Shown: positions 26,050 through 35,752, numbered from the stretch's first letter. The stretch is 64,000 nt of DNA from Dehalococcoidia bacterium (GCA_965201145.1 CBDAVT010000002.1:841084-905083); one strand, 5' to 3'. The notes: generated by a model not told the origin, from the letters alone. Numbers and translations are program-made.

Positions 26050-26904
26050 ATGGTGGTGGTTGAAGAAGAACTGTTGGTTGAGAAAACTGAGCTCTCTGAT
26101 GATGACGAACCGCAAGATGTTCGCTATGACGTAATGCCATATCCGGCTGATTACACTGTAAAAGGATTGTACGATAAATGGCAAGCAGGACAGTTGATAA
26201 TACCGAATTTTCAGCGTAACTACGTTTGGAGTCAAATCCAGGCGAGTCGATTTATTGAGTCATTCCTATTAGGGTTGCCGATTCCCCAAGTGTTCTTGTA
26301 TCGGGACCGTTCTGATCCTAATCTAACAATTATAGACGGTCAGCAGCGAATTAGCACTATAGCTCGTTTTTACAATGGAGAATTCAGTATGAAAGGAGTT
26401 AATCCCCGGTGGGAAGGGCGGGGATATGATGATCTGATCGATTACGACCGTGCAGAGTTGGACGACGCTACTTTACGAGCGATTGTCATCAGGCAAATAC
26501 GTCCTGACGACCGTTCCAGTATTTATCATATTTTCGAGCGATTAAATACCGGAGGCGTCCGCCTTAATGAAATGGAGATTCGCCGTGCCCTTTATCAAGG
26601 TGAAGCAAATGCCTTGTTGGAGCGGTTGAATAAAAATCCTGAATGGCGTTTGCTCATTGGAATGTCTGAACCTGACCGTAGGTCTCGTGACTTGGAGCTA
26701 ATTCTTCGTGTATTGGCCCTTGCTGAAAACTGGAAAAGTTATGGCAAGCCGATGAAGAATTTCATAACCCGATACATGGAGACCCTTGACAAGGCGAACC
26801 CCGAAGAAATATATCAGATGGAACATCGATTTAATAAAGCCTGCCAATCAGTCTTGTCTCAATTGGGAGAAAACCCTTTCATCTGCGGAACAGGATTAAT
26901 TTAG
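26050..26904 (+). CDS. DUF262 (ParB/GmrSD N-terminal-like) protein, module 1; truncated by a 1-nt frameshift (remainder 26880..27089 in another frame)
   Basis: IPNFQRNYVWSQIQASRFIESFLLGLPIPQVFLY...IIDGQQRISTI...ERLNTGGVRLNEMEIRRAL. Paralogous to 44626..45723. After ...LGENPF homology continues in the frame starting at 26880 (HLRNRINLAALDSVMAC... vs RPSQNFNAAVFDSMFVAL...). Strongly AT-rich compared with the flanks. Confidence 0.8.
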   Translation: MVVVEEELLVEKTELSDDDEPQDVRYDVMPYPADYTVKGLYDKWQAGQLIIPNFQRNYVWSQIQASRFIESFLLGLPIPQVFLYRDRSDPNLTIIDGQQRISTIARFYNGEFSMKGVNPRWEGRGYDDLIDYDRAELDDATLRAIVIRQIRPDDRSSIYHIFERLNTGGVRLNEMEIRRALYQGEANALLERLNKNPEWRLLIGMSEPDRRSRDLELILRVLALAENWKSYGKPMKNFITRYMETLDKANPEEIYQMEHRFNKACQSVLSQLGENPFICGTGLI

Positions 26905-27093
26905 CGGCTTTGGACTCGGTTATGGCTTGCTCTATAGAATTGATCGATTCACTCAGGCCTGACATTGGGTTTGAGTACAAAAAGTTGTTGGATGATGAAA
27001 CTTTTATGGAGGCAGTAACTCACGATACTAGTGATCAGTCAATGCTTCGAAAAAGATTCGAAAAAGTCCATGCAGCGTTCAGCTCCTAATAAT

Positions 27094-27588
27094 ATGCCGG
27101 ACCTATTGCCTCTGACCGGATCTGCGATTATTGACTACCAAGATCATATAAGTCGGTATCCGGACACCGACCCTGTTATATTGGCTTATCTGGCAAGACA
27201 CATCAACGGACTGATGTGTGCAGAAATAGAGCGAGTGGTAACAAGGTTAGTCTGTGAAAGGTTAGAAGCGAAATATAACGATAATGAAATCTCAAATTTC
27301 TTTCTAAACTTCTTGGATTCCCGACGTATCAGCAGTATAAAGAATGTAAGAGTCGATCAAGTACGTACTACTTTAACTGCATTTGGACGTTCTTATCGAG
27401 AAAAATTTGATGATCTGATGAATAAATTCGTAACTCCTGAAGATGTTGGAAATCTGAGTGTTGCCGTAAAAAAACGAAATGATGACGCGCATAGCATTCC
27501 GCCCACTGTTTCATTTGAAGAGGTCCAGGAAACCTATAGAGTTGCAACCTCGTTAGTGGACGCAGTCAGGCAAACTTTGGAAACCTGA
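27094..27588 (+). CDS. HEPN-like protein with Rx4H motif (module 1 partner)
   Basis: The KKRNDDAHS motif (R-x4-H) sits in the C-terminal helical region of a ~164-aa alpha-helical protein. The start is 4 nt after the TAATAA that ends the frameshifted DUF262 frame. Architecture matches 45724..46203. Confidence 0.65.
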   Translation: MPDLLPLTGSAIIDYQDHISRYPDTDPVILAYLARHINGLMCAEIERVVTRLVCERLEAKYNDNEISNFFLNFLDSRRISSIKNVRVDQVRTTLTAFGRSYREKFDDLMNKFVTPEDVGNLSVAVKKRNDDAHSIPPTVSFEEVQETYRVATSLVDAVRQTLET

Positions 27589-27604
27589 TTAAACTGACCT
27601 CCCC

Positions 27605-29035
27605 CTACCGCACCGGCCCGCCCAGGGGGGAACGGGGCGAGTCGCTTTCCAGGAACCCGCCGTAGCCCGGCTGCTGTTCCAGTTCTCCCTGATTAAGCAA
27701 TACCTTCCCCCGCAGCAGGGTCATATAAGGGCGTCCCTGCACTTGCCAGCCTTCAAAGAGGGTGTAGCCGGCGTTGCTGTGATGTTCCCGGGAAGTAATG
27801 ACTCGGTCGCCCCAGGGGTCCAGGATTAGCAAGTCGGCGTCAGACCCCACCTGGATAATCCCTTTACGCGGGTAGAGTCCAAAGACACGGGCCGGATTCT
27901 CCGACATAACCCGGGCCAACCACCAGATAGGCAGCCCTCGCTTCACTACGCCCTCGCTGTACATTAACGGAACCAGGGTTTCCACCCCGGGTGAGCCGAA
28001 GGGTACTGACCGGCCCTCGGCATCCACGAAAATATTGTCCCAACCTACTTGCTTCAACTCCTGCGGATACGGCGCATGGTCGCTGGCGGTGATGGAAATA
28101 TGCCCCTGCTCCAGACCCCGCCACAGGGCGTCCTGGTCCGGGCCGTCGGCGGGACGCAGCGGTGGGCCAATCTTGGCTAAGGGGCCGTACTTGGCCATCT
28201 CGGCATCGGACAGCAGCAAATATTGAGGGCAGGACTCGGTCCAAATGCGCTGACCCAAAGCCTGGGCCTGTTTTATGCGTTCCAGCCCCAGCTGGGTACT
28301 CAGATGGACGACGTAGGTAGGGCAATTGGTGGCGGCAGCCATTTTGACGGCCCGATTTATCGCCTCTTCCTCAGCCCAATCGGGACAGGCAGCCGGAAAG
28401 TCGGTGGGGTGCGTATGCCCCTCGGCCATAAGCTTGTTCTCCAGATACTCAATGATATTGCCGCTCTCGCAGTGCAATTGCAGCACGCCACCGCCCCGGG
28501 CCACCATATCCATAGCCTGACAGATGTAGTCATCGTCGCACATACGGTAAGGGCGCTTTTTGTAGGTCATAAACATCTTGTAGGACTTTACCCCCAAGTC
28601 CAGGGCTTGCGGGAGACTGTTCAGGATGTTTGGCCGGTTCTGCAGGATGAAGTGGAAGGCGAAGTCGGTCACGGCGGTGCTTTCCACTTCCTCGCGAGAA
28701 CGGTGGATAGCCTCGGGCAGCGTTTCGTCGCCTTCCAGGTTGTAGGTGCCGAAGGAAACCAGCGTGGTCAGACCGGCATGGGCGGCGGCCAGGGACCCCA
28801 GGGCATAGTTGTCGTGGCCGTCCAGATGAACGTGGCAGTCAATTAGCCCGGGCAGCACAAACATACCCGAAGCGTCAATGTATCTATCCGCCGGGGGCAG
28901 CAGGCTTTCGGGGCCGATGTCGGCGATTTTCTCACCGTCAATGGCAATAGAAGCCCGGTAAACCTGGGATGAGGTAACAATCTGACCACCAACGACGACA
29001 GTATCTACCCGCCGGTCAGTTTGAGTTGAGGTCAT
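27605..29035 (-). CDS. Dihydropyrimidinase/D-hydantoinase-family cyclic amidohydrolase
   Basis: GLIDCHVHL metal-binding motif and the layout of a ~475-aa amidohydrolase. GGAGG RBS before ATG 29035. Confidence 0.8.
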   Translation of the reverse strand: MTSTQTDRRVDTVVVGGQIVTSSQVYRASIAIDGEKIADIGPESLLPPADRYIDASGMFVLPGLIDCHVHLDGHDNYALGSLAAAHAGLTTLVSFGTYNLEGDETLPEAIHRSREEVESTAVTDFAFHFILQNRPNILNSLPQALDLGVKSYKMFMTYKKRPYRMCDDDYICQAMDMVARGGGVLQLHCESGNIIEYLENKLMAEGHTHPTDFPAACPDWAEEEAINRAVKMAAATNCPTYVVHLSTQLGLERIKQAQALGQRIWTESCPQYLLLSDAEMAKYGPLAKIGPPLRPADGPDQDALWRGLEQGHISITASDHAPYPQELKQVGWDNIFVDAEGRSVPFGSPGVETLVPLMYSEGVVKRGLPIWWLARVMSENPARVFGLYPRKGIIQVGSDADLLILDPWGDRVITSREHHSNAGYTLFEGWQVQGRPYMTLLRGKVLLNQGELEQQPGYGGFLESDSPRSPLGGPVR

Positions 29036-29239
29036 AGGGCGCCTCCTTGTGGTCAAGTGGGTTGATTCACGATTAGCCGCAGGAAGTCAAAGAGCTGCGC
29101 ACAGCCAGGCGCGGCGTTCCGCACTTTGGTCGGGTGACGTTAGCCAACCGGCCTGGCGTATGTCCGGTCTGGTGTCAAGCGCCTTTTGACATACCGGCGG
29201 TGGCGCTGCTGTAGCGTGAGTTACTATACAAAATTCGGG

Positions 29240-30115
29240 CTAATCCTTCCACCGGGCCGGCCCTTCCCGCAGCCGGGCGAATCCCAGATCGTCGCACAGT
29301 TCCAGGTAGGATTCCCGGTTGGCGCCTTGCCATTCCAGGTCGGTCAGGTCTTCCGCGATGGGGACATCCAGACGTAATGTGGCTAGTTGCCGGTAAAGGA
29401 TAGCGTCCGCCCGGTTCTCGTTCAGGCTGGCGGCCAGGGATTTGGCCCCGCGTACCGTGAGGTCCCACTGGGCCGGGTCGTCGGGAATCTGCTCGATGTG
29501 GCCGTAGCGGGTCAAGACCTGGGCCGTGCTTCGGGCGCCCCAGCGGGGAATGCCGGGGATGCCGTCAGCGCTGTCGCCTACCAAACCCAGGTAGTCGGGG
29601 ATTGACGCCGGGGCAACGCCGAATTTTTCCCGAACCCCGGCTTCGTCAAGAACCACGTCCTTGCGCCGGTCCAGCGTTACGATGCGGTCGCGGCGCACCA
29701 CTTGGGCCAGGTCCTTGTCGGGTGAGCAGAGCACAACCTGCTCCACTCCGGGAGCCTCCCCCCAGCGGTGGGCTGCCGTACCCAGAGCGTCGTCGGCCTC
29801 GAACTCTACCATAGGCCAGACTACTACACCGAGGGCCGCTGTCGCCCGCTCCGCTAGAGGGAACTGTTCCAGCAGTTCCGGCGGTACGCCTTCCCCGGTT
29901 TTATACCCGGCAAACAATTCGTTGCGAAAGGAGAGGATTTCGCTGTCGAAGGCAACGGCCAGGTGGGTGACTTCGGGTTGGCGCAGCAGATTATTCAGGG
30001 TTTGCAGCAAACCTCGCACCGCACCCACCTCGCGTCCGTCGGGAGCGGCGATGGACGGCAGGGCAAACCAGGCCCGGAATAGTTCATAGGTCCCGTCAAC
30101 CAGGTGCAGCTTCAT
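29240..30115 (-). CDS. 5'-3' exonuclease (FEN/Pol I N-terminal-like)
   Basis: MKLHLVDGTYELFRA, AVAFD, FRNELFAGYKTGEG, EADD, and H3TH LVGDSADGIPGIPRWGARSTA. The long upstream extension of the ORF is discounted. Confidence 0.85.
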   Translation of the reverse strand: MKLHLVDGTYELFRAWFALPSIAAPDGREVGAVRGLLQTLNNLLRQPEVTHLAVAFDSEILSFRNELFAGYKTGEGVPPELLEQFPLAERATAALGVVVWPMVEFEADDALGTAAHRWGEAPGVEQVVLCSPDKDLAQVVRRDRIVTLDRRKDVVLDEAGVREKFGVAPASIPDYLGLVGDSADGIPGIPRWGARSTAQVLTRYGHIEQIPDDPAQWDLTVRGAKSLAASLNENRADAILYRQLATLRLDVPIAEDLTDLEWQGANRESYLELCDDLGFARLREGPARWKD

Positions 30116-30126
30116 ATCCTTTCCGG

Positions 30127-31302
30127 CTAAAGAGATTCCAGGACGCGGGCGATGCGCTCTACCCCTTCCAGCACCCGGTCGGCCGGGGAGCGCATCAGGG
30201 CGATGCGGAAGTGGAACTCGCCACTCTCGCCGAATCCGACCCCGGGAGTTACCACCACTCCTTCCCGTTCTACCAGCAGCTCGGCAAGTTCGGCGGAAGG
30301 TATATCTGCGGAGTAGCGGGGGAACAGGAAGGTGGCGCCCTCGGGCAAAGGACAGTGGACGCCGGCAACCTGGTACAGACGGTCGGCGGCCCGGATGCGA
30401 AGTTCGTTGCAGTCCTCGCGCCACTGCTCCAGGTGGGTTTGAGGGCCGCTCAGCGCCGCTGCCCCGGCCATCTGTACGAAGGGCGAGACGAAGCTGGCCG
30501 TCTGTTCCTGGATTTTCAGCAAGGGTTCCAGCAGCCCGGCCTCGGCCACGATACACCCCAGCCGCCAGCCGGCCATGGAGTAGGCTTTGGTAAAGGTATA
30601 GCTGGTCAGAGTCCGTTCGGCCATACCTTCCAGCGTCGCCAGGGTAAGGTGCCGGTGGGAATCGTAGGTAAAATATTCGTAAGTCTCGTCGCAGAGGGCC
30701 AGCAGGTCATATTCCCGGACGATTTGGGCCACCGCTTCCAGCTCGCCCCGGGTATAGACCCGGCCGGTAGGGTTGTTGGGATTGTTGATGATGACCATTT
30801 TGGTCTGGGGCGTAACGTATTCCTTGAGCCGGTCGTAGCTGATGTAGTATTCTTCCTCTTCGCTCAGGGGTACGGCGACGGGAACGCCTTCGGCCATTGC
30901 TACCTGCTGCCGGAAGCTGACCCAGGTAGGCTCCAGCACCAGCGCTTCGTCGCCTCGCTCAATGTAGGCGTTGATGGCGGCGTACAGACCCATCTTGCTA
31001 CCCGGAGTTACCAGAATATCCCGGTCCGGCTCCACGCTCATTCCGTTGTGGGCGGCCAGTTTTTCGGCCAGGGCCTGGCGCAATTCGGGCAGCCCGCGGG
31101 AAGAGCTGATGTTGGTCAGCCCCTGCCGGAGGGCTTCAATCCCGGCATCGATAATGTGCCGGGGAGAGACGTGGTGCGGGCTGGATTGGCCCAGGTCGAT
31201 TACGTCGTAACCTTGACGGGCCAACTGCCGGGCTTTTTCGCCGGCGGCCAGGGTAGCCGGTGGCTGCGTCCGCTGAATACGCGCTGCCGGAGTGCGGGCC
31301 AT
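30127..31302 (-). CDS. Class I/II pyridoxal-phosphate aminotransferase (aspartate aminotransferase-like)
   Basis: INNPNNPTG motif and FTKAYSMAGWRLG (PLP-lysine region). Confidence 0.85.
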   Translation of the reverse strand: MARTPAARIQRTQPPATLAAGEKARQLARQGYDVIDLGQSSPHHVSPRHIIDAGIEALRQGLTNISSSRGLPELRQALAEKLAAHNGMSVEPDRDILVTPGSKMGLYAAINAYIERGDEALVLEPTWVSFRQQVAMAEGVPVAVPLSEEEEYYISYDRLKEYVTPQTKMVIINNPNNPTGRVYTRGELEAVAQIVREYDLLALCDETYEYFTYDSHRHLTLATLEGMAERTLTSYTFTKAYSMAGWRLGCIVAEAGLLEPLLKIQEQTASFVSPFVQMAGAAALSGPQTHLEQWREDCNELRIRAADRLYQVAGVHCPLPEGATFLFPRYSADIPSAELAELLVEREGVVVTPGVGFGESGEFHFRIALMRSPADRVLEGVERIARVLESL

Positions 31303-31519
31303 TGTGCTTCACCTCACCGGGAATTTTCCGGGCAGTGCCGGAGACCGGTATTGAGCATACCATAACCTGTGGGCAGTCTGCCCGGAAACCTTAAGCGCCT
31401 AACTCTGCGCTTGCCGGCCCCGGGTCCAGGGCTAATCTGCCGGCGAAACTCCGGGCCCGGCGCTGCCCCGGAGCGGCTGACTTAACTTCCGGGCGGCGCG
31501 CCGTGGGCCGAACTTGCCT

Positions 31520-33046
31520 TTACTGAGCGTAGCCGGGCAGTTCGGCCACGTTCTCCAGCAGGTACAGCGTCAAAGCGGTTACGTTTCCTAGCAGGTTGAG
31601 GTTGATATGTTCGAGGGTATCGGCCGGTGAGTTAATTCGGGACAGGTCGTTGGCGCGGAAATAGACTATGGGAACCCAGGCGTTTCGGAAGTGAACGTGG
31701 TCGCTGCCGCCTTCGGCCCGGCTGCTGACGTTTAGCGCCATTCCCTCCTGCCGGGCCCGTTCCGCCACATAATTGACCACCCAACGTTCCCCGGAAACGC
31801 GCAGGCCGGAGCCGGAACCTACTGAATCCAGATTAATCATCAGGTATATTTCATCCAACTGGGCCGGGGATAGGCTATCTACGTAGTGATTGCTACCGTG
31901 CAGCCCGGTTTCCTCGGCGCCGAAAGCGATGAACCGCAAGGTGAAGGGGAATTCTTGCGCCGCCGCCCGCTCGGATGCCGCCAGCAGGACGCCCATCCCG
32001 GAGGCGTTGTCGGAGGCCCCCACGGAATCGGGAACTGTGTCGTAGTGCGCTCCAATCACGATGACACCCGCTCCCGTCCCGGGAAGTTCCGCAATTACGT
32101 TATGGGAAATTATTTCCTGCTCCAGGACGGAGAGCGATACCGTTACCGGCTCCTCCAGGGCAATCAGTTCCTGCAAGGCGCGACCATCGGCCTGGGAGAT
32201 GGAGACGGCCGGGATTCGGCCCGGGCGGCCCAGGGTGCCGCTGAACCGGCCGGGTACGTTGTTGAAGATTACGGCAGCCAGGGCGCCGGCTTCCCGAACC
32301 TGCGCTACCTTGCGGCCAAAGGTAATTTCGCCGCGTTCGATGAGGGCAATCTTGCCGTGCAGTCCGGCTGCGGGAATGTCCTCCGGCCGGGCCAAGCCGA
32401 CGAATACTAACGGCGCCGTGGCTTGACCCGGGTTAGCGCCGAACAGGATATTGGCGGTAACAGCCCTCGCTGTGGGTTCGTCAATGATCAGACCGGCCTG
32501 CGGAGTTGACCACGAGAACTCCTGTAGTTGTGGGTTGTAGCCAAGCCTTTCCAGCCTTTGCGCCAGGTATGCGGCAGCCACACCCTCCAGGATGGTGCCG
32601 CTGGTTCGGGGGCCTATGCCGGCTGCCAACTCCTGGAGGTAGCCAAAGGCTAAATCCTCCAAGAGAGCCACGTCCTCGAACAGGGCGGAATCGTAGCCTG
32701 AAACCGTTGCTGCCGGCGCGCCGGTCGAAGCCGGTTCCGGCGTGGCGGCCGGGGCGGGGCGGTCGAAAGTCGGCTGCGGGGTCCCCGTGGGGGACTGGGA
32801 TTGATGGGAGGCAGCGGTCGGGGCTTCCAGAGTCGGCGGGAGCGCTGCCGTTGGTCGTAGTTGTAGCGCCGTTGCGGGTGTGGCTTGACTGAATTGAGAG
32901 GCTGGAGATGGGGGGATGGATTCCGGCGGGCCAGGTGTAACCACCGGCCCGCCCGGAAAACAGGCGACGGCGGCAAGCCAAAGCAGAAGCAAGCCTGCCG
33001 CCGGAATCGCAACGGGTAATAGCAGTATAATGCACCGGCGCCTCAT
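31520..33046 (-). CDS. Secreted M28-family aminopeptidase with PA domain
   Basis: N-terminal TM/signal and P/T/A-rich linker. PA insert. M28 motifs GAHYDTVPDSVGASDNASG and FGAEETGLHGS. Confidence 0.8.
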   Translation of the reverse strand: MRRRCIILLLPVAIPAAGLLLLWLAAVACFPGGPVVTPGPPESIPPSPASQFSQATPATALQLRPTAALPPTLEAPTAASHQSQSPTGTPQPTFDRPAPAATPEPASTGAPAATVSGYDSALFEDVALLEDLAFGYLQELAAGIGPRTSGTILEGVAAAYLAQRLERLGYNPQLQEFSWSTPQAGLIIDEPTARAVTANILFGANPGQATAPLVFVGLARPEDIPAAGLHGKIALIERGEITFGRKVAQVREAGALAAVIFNNVPGRFSGTLGRPGRIPAVSISQADGRALQELIALEEPVTVSLSVLEQEIISHNVIAELPGTGAGVIVIGAHYDTVPDSVGASDNASGMGVLLAASERAAAQEFPFTLRFIAFGAEETGLHGSNHYVDSLSPAQLDEIYLMINLDSVGSGSGLRVSGERWVVNYVAERARQEGMALNVSSRAEGGSDHVHFRNAWVPIVYFRANDLSRINSPADTLEHINLNLLGNVTALTLYLLENVAELPGYAQ

Positions 33047-33097
33047 GCTGCTGCCGCTGGAAGGTAGATTCGGCCGAAGGGTATTCTGAAACTGGGC

Positions 33098-34030
33098 TTA
33101 AACGTTGCGCAACTTGGGATCCAGCCGGTCGCGGAGCCAGTCGCCCAGCAGGTTCATCGAGAGCACGGACAGCAGTATTGCAGTGCCGGGCCAGACCGTC
33201 AGCCACCAGGAAGTGACCAGCAGTTCCCGGCCGTCGGCGACCATCAGACCCCAGGCCGGCGTGGGTCGGGGCAAGCCGGCGCCCAGGAAACTCAAGGTGG
33301 ATTCCAGCAGAATCACCTGGCCGACTTCCAGGGTTGCCAGCACGATAATGGTGTTGACTACGTTGGGGAAAATATGGCGAACGATGATGCGGAAATTAGA
33401 AGCTCCGGCCACCCGGGAGCGGGCCACGAAGTCCTGGGATTTGATTCCTAAAGTCTCGCCCCGTACCAGCCGGGCGTAACGGGACCAGAAAATGGTGACG
33501 ATGACAATAAGCACCGTTTGGAAACTGGGGCCCAATACCACGGCCAGCACCAGGGCGAAGAGAATGGCCGGCATGGAGAGACAGATGTCCACCGCCCGCA
33601 TCACCACGTGGTCGATGTTGCCGCCGAAATAGCCAGCCATCAGCCCCAGGGTGGTGCCGATAAGTCCCGCCAGGAAGATGGATATAGCGGCTACGGTCAG
33701 GGAGACCCGGGCCCCGTAGATTATGCGGCTCAGGATGTCCCGGCCCTGCTTGTCGGTGCCCAGGATGTGATTCAGGGAGCCGCCGGGGGTGGCGAAAATA
33801 CCTTCGCCTTCGGCTTCGACCCAGAAGGGCGGCGCCAGCCGGCCGCTCAAGCTGCCTACCACCGGATCGTGGGGCGCGACCCACGGGGCAAGGATGGCCG
33901 GAAATACCAGCACCAGCAGCAGAATTGCCACCGGGATAATGGGGTACCGGCGTGCCGTCCCCAAAGCCCGCCAAAGGCTGCCGGCGGTTTTTGAGCCGGG
34001 CATTCCGCTGCGTACTGCCAAATTAGCCAT
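33098..34030 (-). CDS. ABC transporter permease (DppC/OppC-type)
   Basis: Multi-TM protein with a family-5 permease signature region (LESTLSFLGAGLP) and the C-terminal DPKLR motif. Confidence 0.85.
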   Translation of the reverse strand: MANLAVRSGMPGSKTAGSLWRALGTARRYPIIPVAILLLVLVFPAILAPWVAPHDPVVGSLSGRLAPPFWVEAEGEGIFATPGGSLNHILGTDKQGRDILSRIIYGARVSLTVAAISIFLAGLIGTTLGLMAGYFGGNIDHVVMRAVDICLSMPAILFALVLAVVLGPSFQTVLIVIVTIFWSRYARLVRGETLGIKSQDFVARSRVAGASNFRIIVRHIFPNVVNTIIVLATLEVGQVILLESTLSFLGAGLPRPTPAWGLMVADGRELLVTSWWLTVWPGTAILLSVLSMNLLGDWLRDRLDPKLRNV

Positions 34031-34073
34031 AGAATTCAATCTCCTCAGCCTTCGCCGATGGTTGCCGTAAAGG

Positions 34074-34997
34074 TCAGTGGGTGTAGCGTATGCGCGGGTC
34101 CAGGTAGGAGTAGGCGACATCCACCAGCAGGTTGGCGGCGATGTAGATGGCGGCAAAGAAGATTACCACCGACTGCACTACCGAGAAATCCTTGGCGCGA
34201 AGGGCGTCGATCGCCAGCAGGCCGACTCCGGGCCAGGTAAAGATGGATTCGATTACCACCGAGCCGGTCATAGCGCCGCCCAGAATCAGGCCAAAGTAGG
34301 TGATGGGAGCGATCAGGGCGTTGCGCAGGCTGTGCTTCCAGATGACCATGCTCTCCCGCAGTCCCTTGATGCGGGCCAGCTTGACGTACTCGGTGTCCAG
34401 CACTTCCAGCATGGAGGAACGGGTGAGCCGCATCAAGGCCGCCACCTGGAAATAACCCAGAGCGATACCGGGCATCAATAGGTGCTGCCAGGTGCCGCGA
34501 CCGGAGGTGGGCAGCCATTCCAGTTGAACTGCGAATACCCACATCAGCATCAGGGCAATCCAGAAATTGGGCAGGGACTGGCCTAACAGGGCGACGACCT
34601 TTCCGGCAATGTCGACGCCCGTGTCCTTTTTGACGGCCACGATAACGCCCAGGGGCACCGCAATCAGGGCGCTGACAATCAGGGCAACGGCGGCCAGTTC
34701 CAGGGTGGCGGGAAGACGCTGCCAAAGCAGTTCCCGGGCATCCTGGCCGGGGAACCGGATCGATTCACCGAATTTTCCGGTAGCGAAATTGCCGATATAG
34801 GTGAGGTACTGAATGTGGAGCGGCTGGTCCAGCCCCCAGTAGGCCCGCACTCTGGCGTAATCCTCAGCGGTGGCGTCCACGTCCAGCAGGGTATCCAGCG
34901 GGTCGCCGGACAGTCGGCCAAGTCCGAAGACAATCATGCTGACCGCAATCAGGGCGATTAGCGAGTGGAAGAGCCGGACCAAGATGAAGCGCTGCAT
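34074..34997 (-). CDS. ABC transporter permease (DppB/OppB-type)
   Basis: MQRFILVRLFHSLIALI N-terminus, EYVKLARIKGL EAA-loop region, C-terminal LDPRIRY. Confidence 0.85.
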   Translation of the reverse strand: MQRFILVRLFHSLIALIAVSMIVFGLGRLSGDPLDTLLDVDATAEDYARVRAYWGLDQPLHIQYLTYIGNFATGKFGESIRFPGQDARELLWQRLPATLELAAVALIVSALIAVPLGVIVAVKKDTGVDIAGKVVALLGQSLPNFWIALMLMWVFAVQLEWLPTSGRGTWQHLLMPGIALGYFQVAALMRLTRSSMLEVLDTEYVKLARIKGLRESMVIWKHSLRNALIAPITYFGLILGGAMTGSVVIESIFTWPGVGLLAIDALRAKDFSVVQSVVIFFAAIYIAANLLVDVAYSYLDPRIRYTH

Positions 34998-35128
34998 ATC
35001 CCGTTCCTTGCATACCTCCGGACGAGCCGACTATATATAAGTCAGCCGGAACTCCGGGGCAGTATTCCAACGTCTAGGCAATATATTCTACGTCAAATTG
35101 GATTGTCAATACTTAACAATGACGGTGT

Positions 35129-35311
35129 CAGGGCTATCGCATATGGATTTTAAGAGGCCAATTGACGGGTAAATCTCCGTTTTTAACTGCTAAATTTGGG
35201 TAATTTAAGACTTAAACCGTTGGTTTTGATGTTGATTACCCAGTAAAGCGCCGCCAAAACATCGGAAAGTTCCGTTCTCATCCTGAAAATTTTTCATATG
35301 CGATAGCCCTG
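35129..35311. mobile_element. MITE-like element, copy 2 (inverted relative to copy 1), 10-bp TSD
   Basis: Same 17-bp TIRs. Flanked by exact ATGACGGTGT at 35119..35128 and 35312..35321. The interior is near-identical to the reverse complement of 13542..13724, with a few substitutions near one end. Confidence 0.85.
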
Positions 35312-35627
35312 ATGACGGTGTCAAAGCCGCTGGCCGGCCCGGAATAGATTTCGGACACTGGTATGACCGTTGACGCCGGCCCCGGCATCGGGTAATTCGG
35401 CGCTTTCATCGCCGCCTCAGAGATAAGGTCAGCAAAGCTTTAAGTTTTAGTTGGCCCAGTACGATTTCGAGATTTGCATTCCGCTGCGCCACCGGAAATG
35501 AGGCGGTTTGTCCACTTACAATTTATTACCTTTAGATATGATATTTTCCGTTAATATCAAGTGTTTTCGTTGTAATATAATTATTTATGACAGTATTAAT
35601 GATATATCAAGGTATAATATATATGTA

Positions 35628-35656
35628 TTGACACTATTGAAATCTGCTCATATACT
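35628..35656 (+). promoter_or_regulatory. Candidate sigma70-type promoter (TTGACA-17-TATACT)
   Basis: Consensus -35 with a 17-nt spacer, in an AT-rich stretch about 95 nt upstream of the SBP start. Confidence 0.55.
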
Positions 35657-35752
35657 GCCCGCAATCCGTAGTTTCGGGATTGGATGTGTTTTGTCTGTGT
35701 CTGGATAACCCGGGCCCCGAATCCGCAGCCCTGAAATTGGGAGGTAACACCC

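Noticed and set aside
26905-27093. The ORF-track start at 27031 for the HEPN-like gene (185 aa).
   Set aside because: The first ~21 codons overlap the out-of-frame C-terminal remainder of the DUF262 gene. ATG 27094, directly after TAATAA, mirrors the TAA-ATG junction of the paralogous module and gives a matching protein length.
25931-27600. The short CTGACCT motif on both sides of the AT-rich DUF262/HEPN islet, considered as candidate att or direct repeats.
   Set aside because: Only about 7-8 nt are shared, which is expected by chance, and no integrase is present. That is insufficient to call insertion-site repeats.
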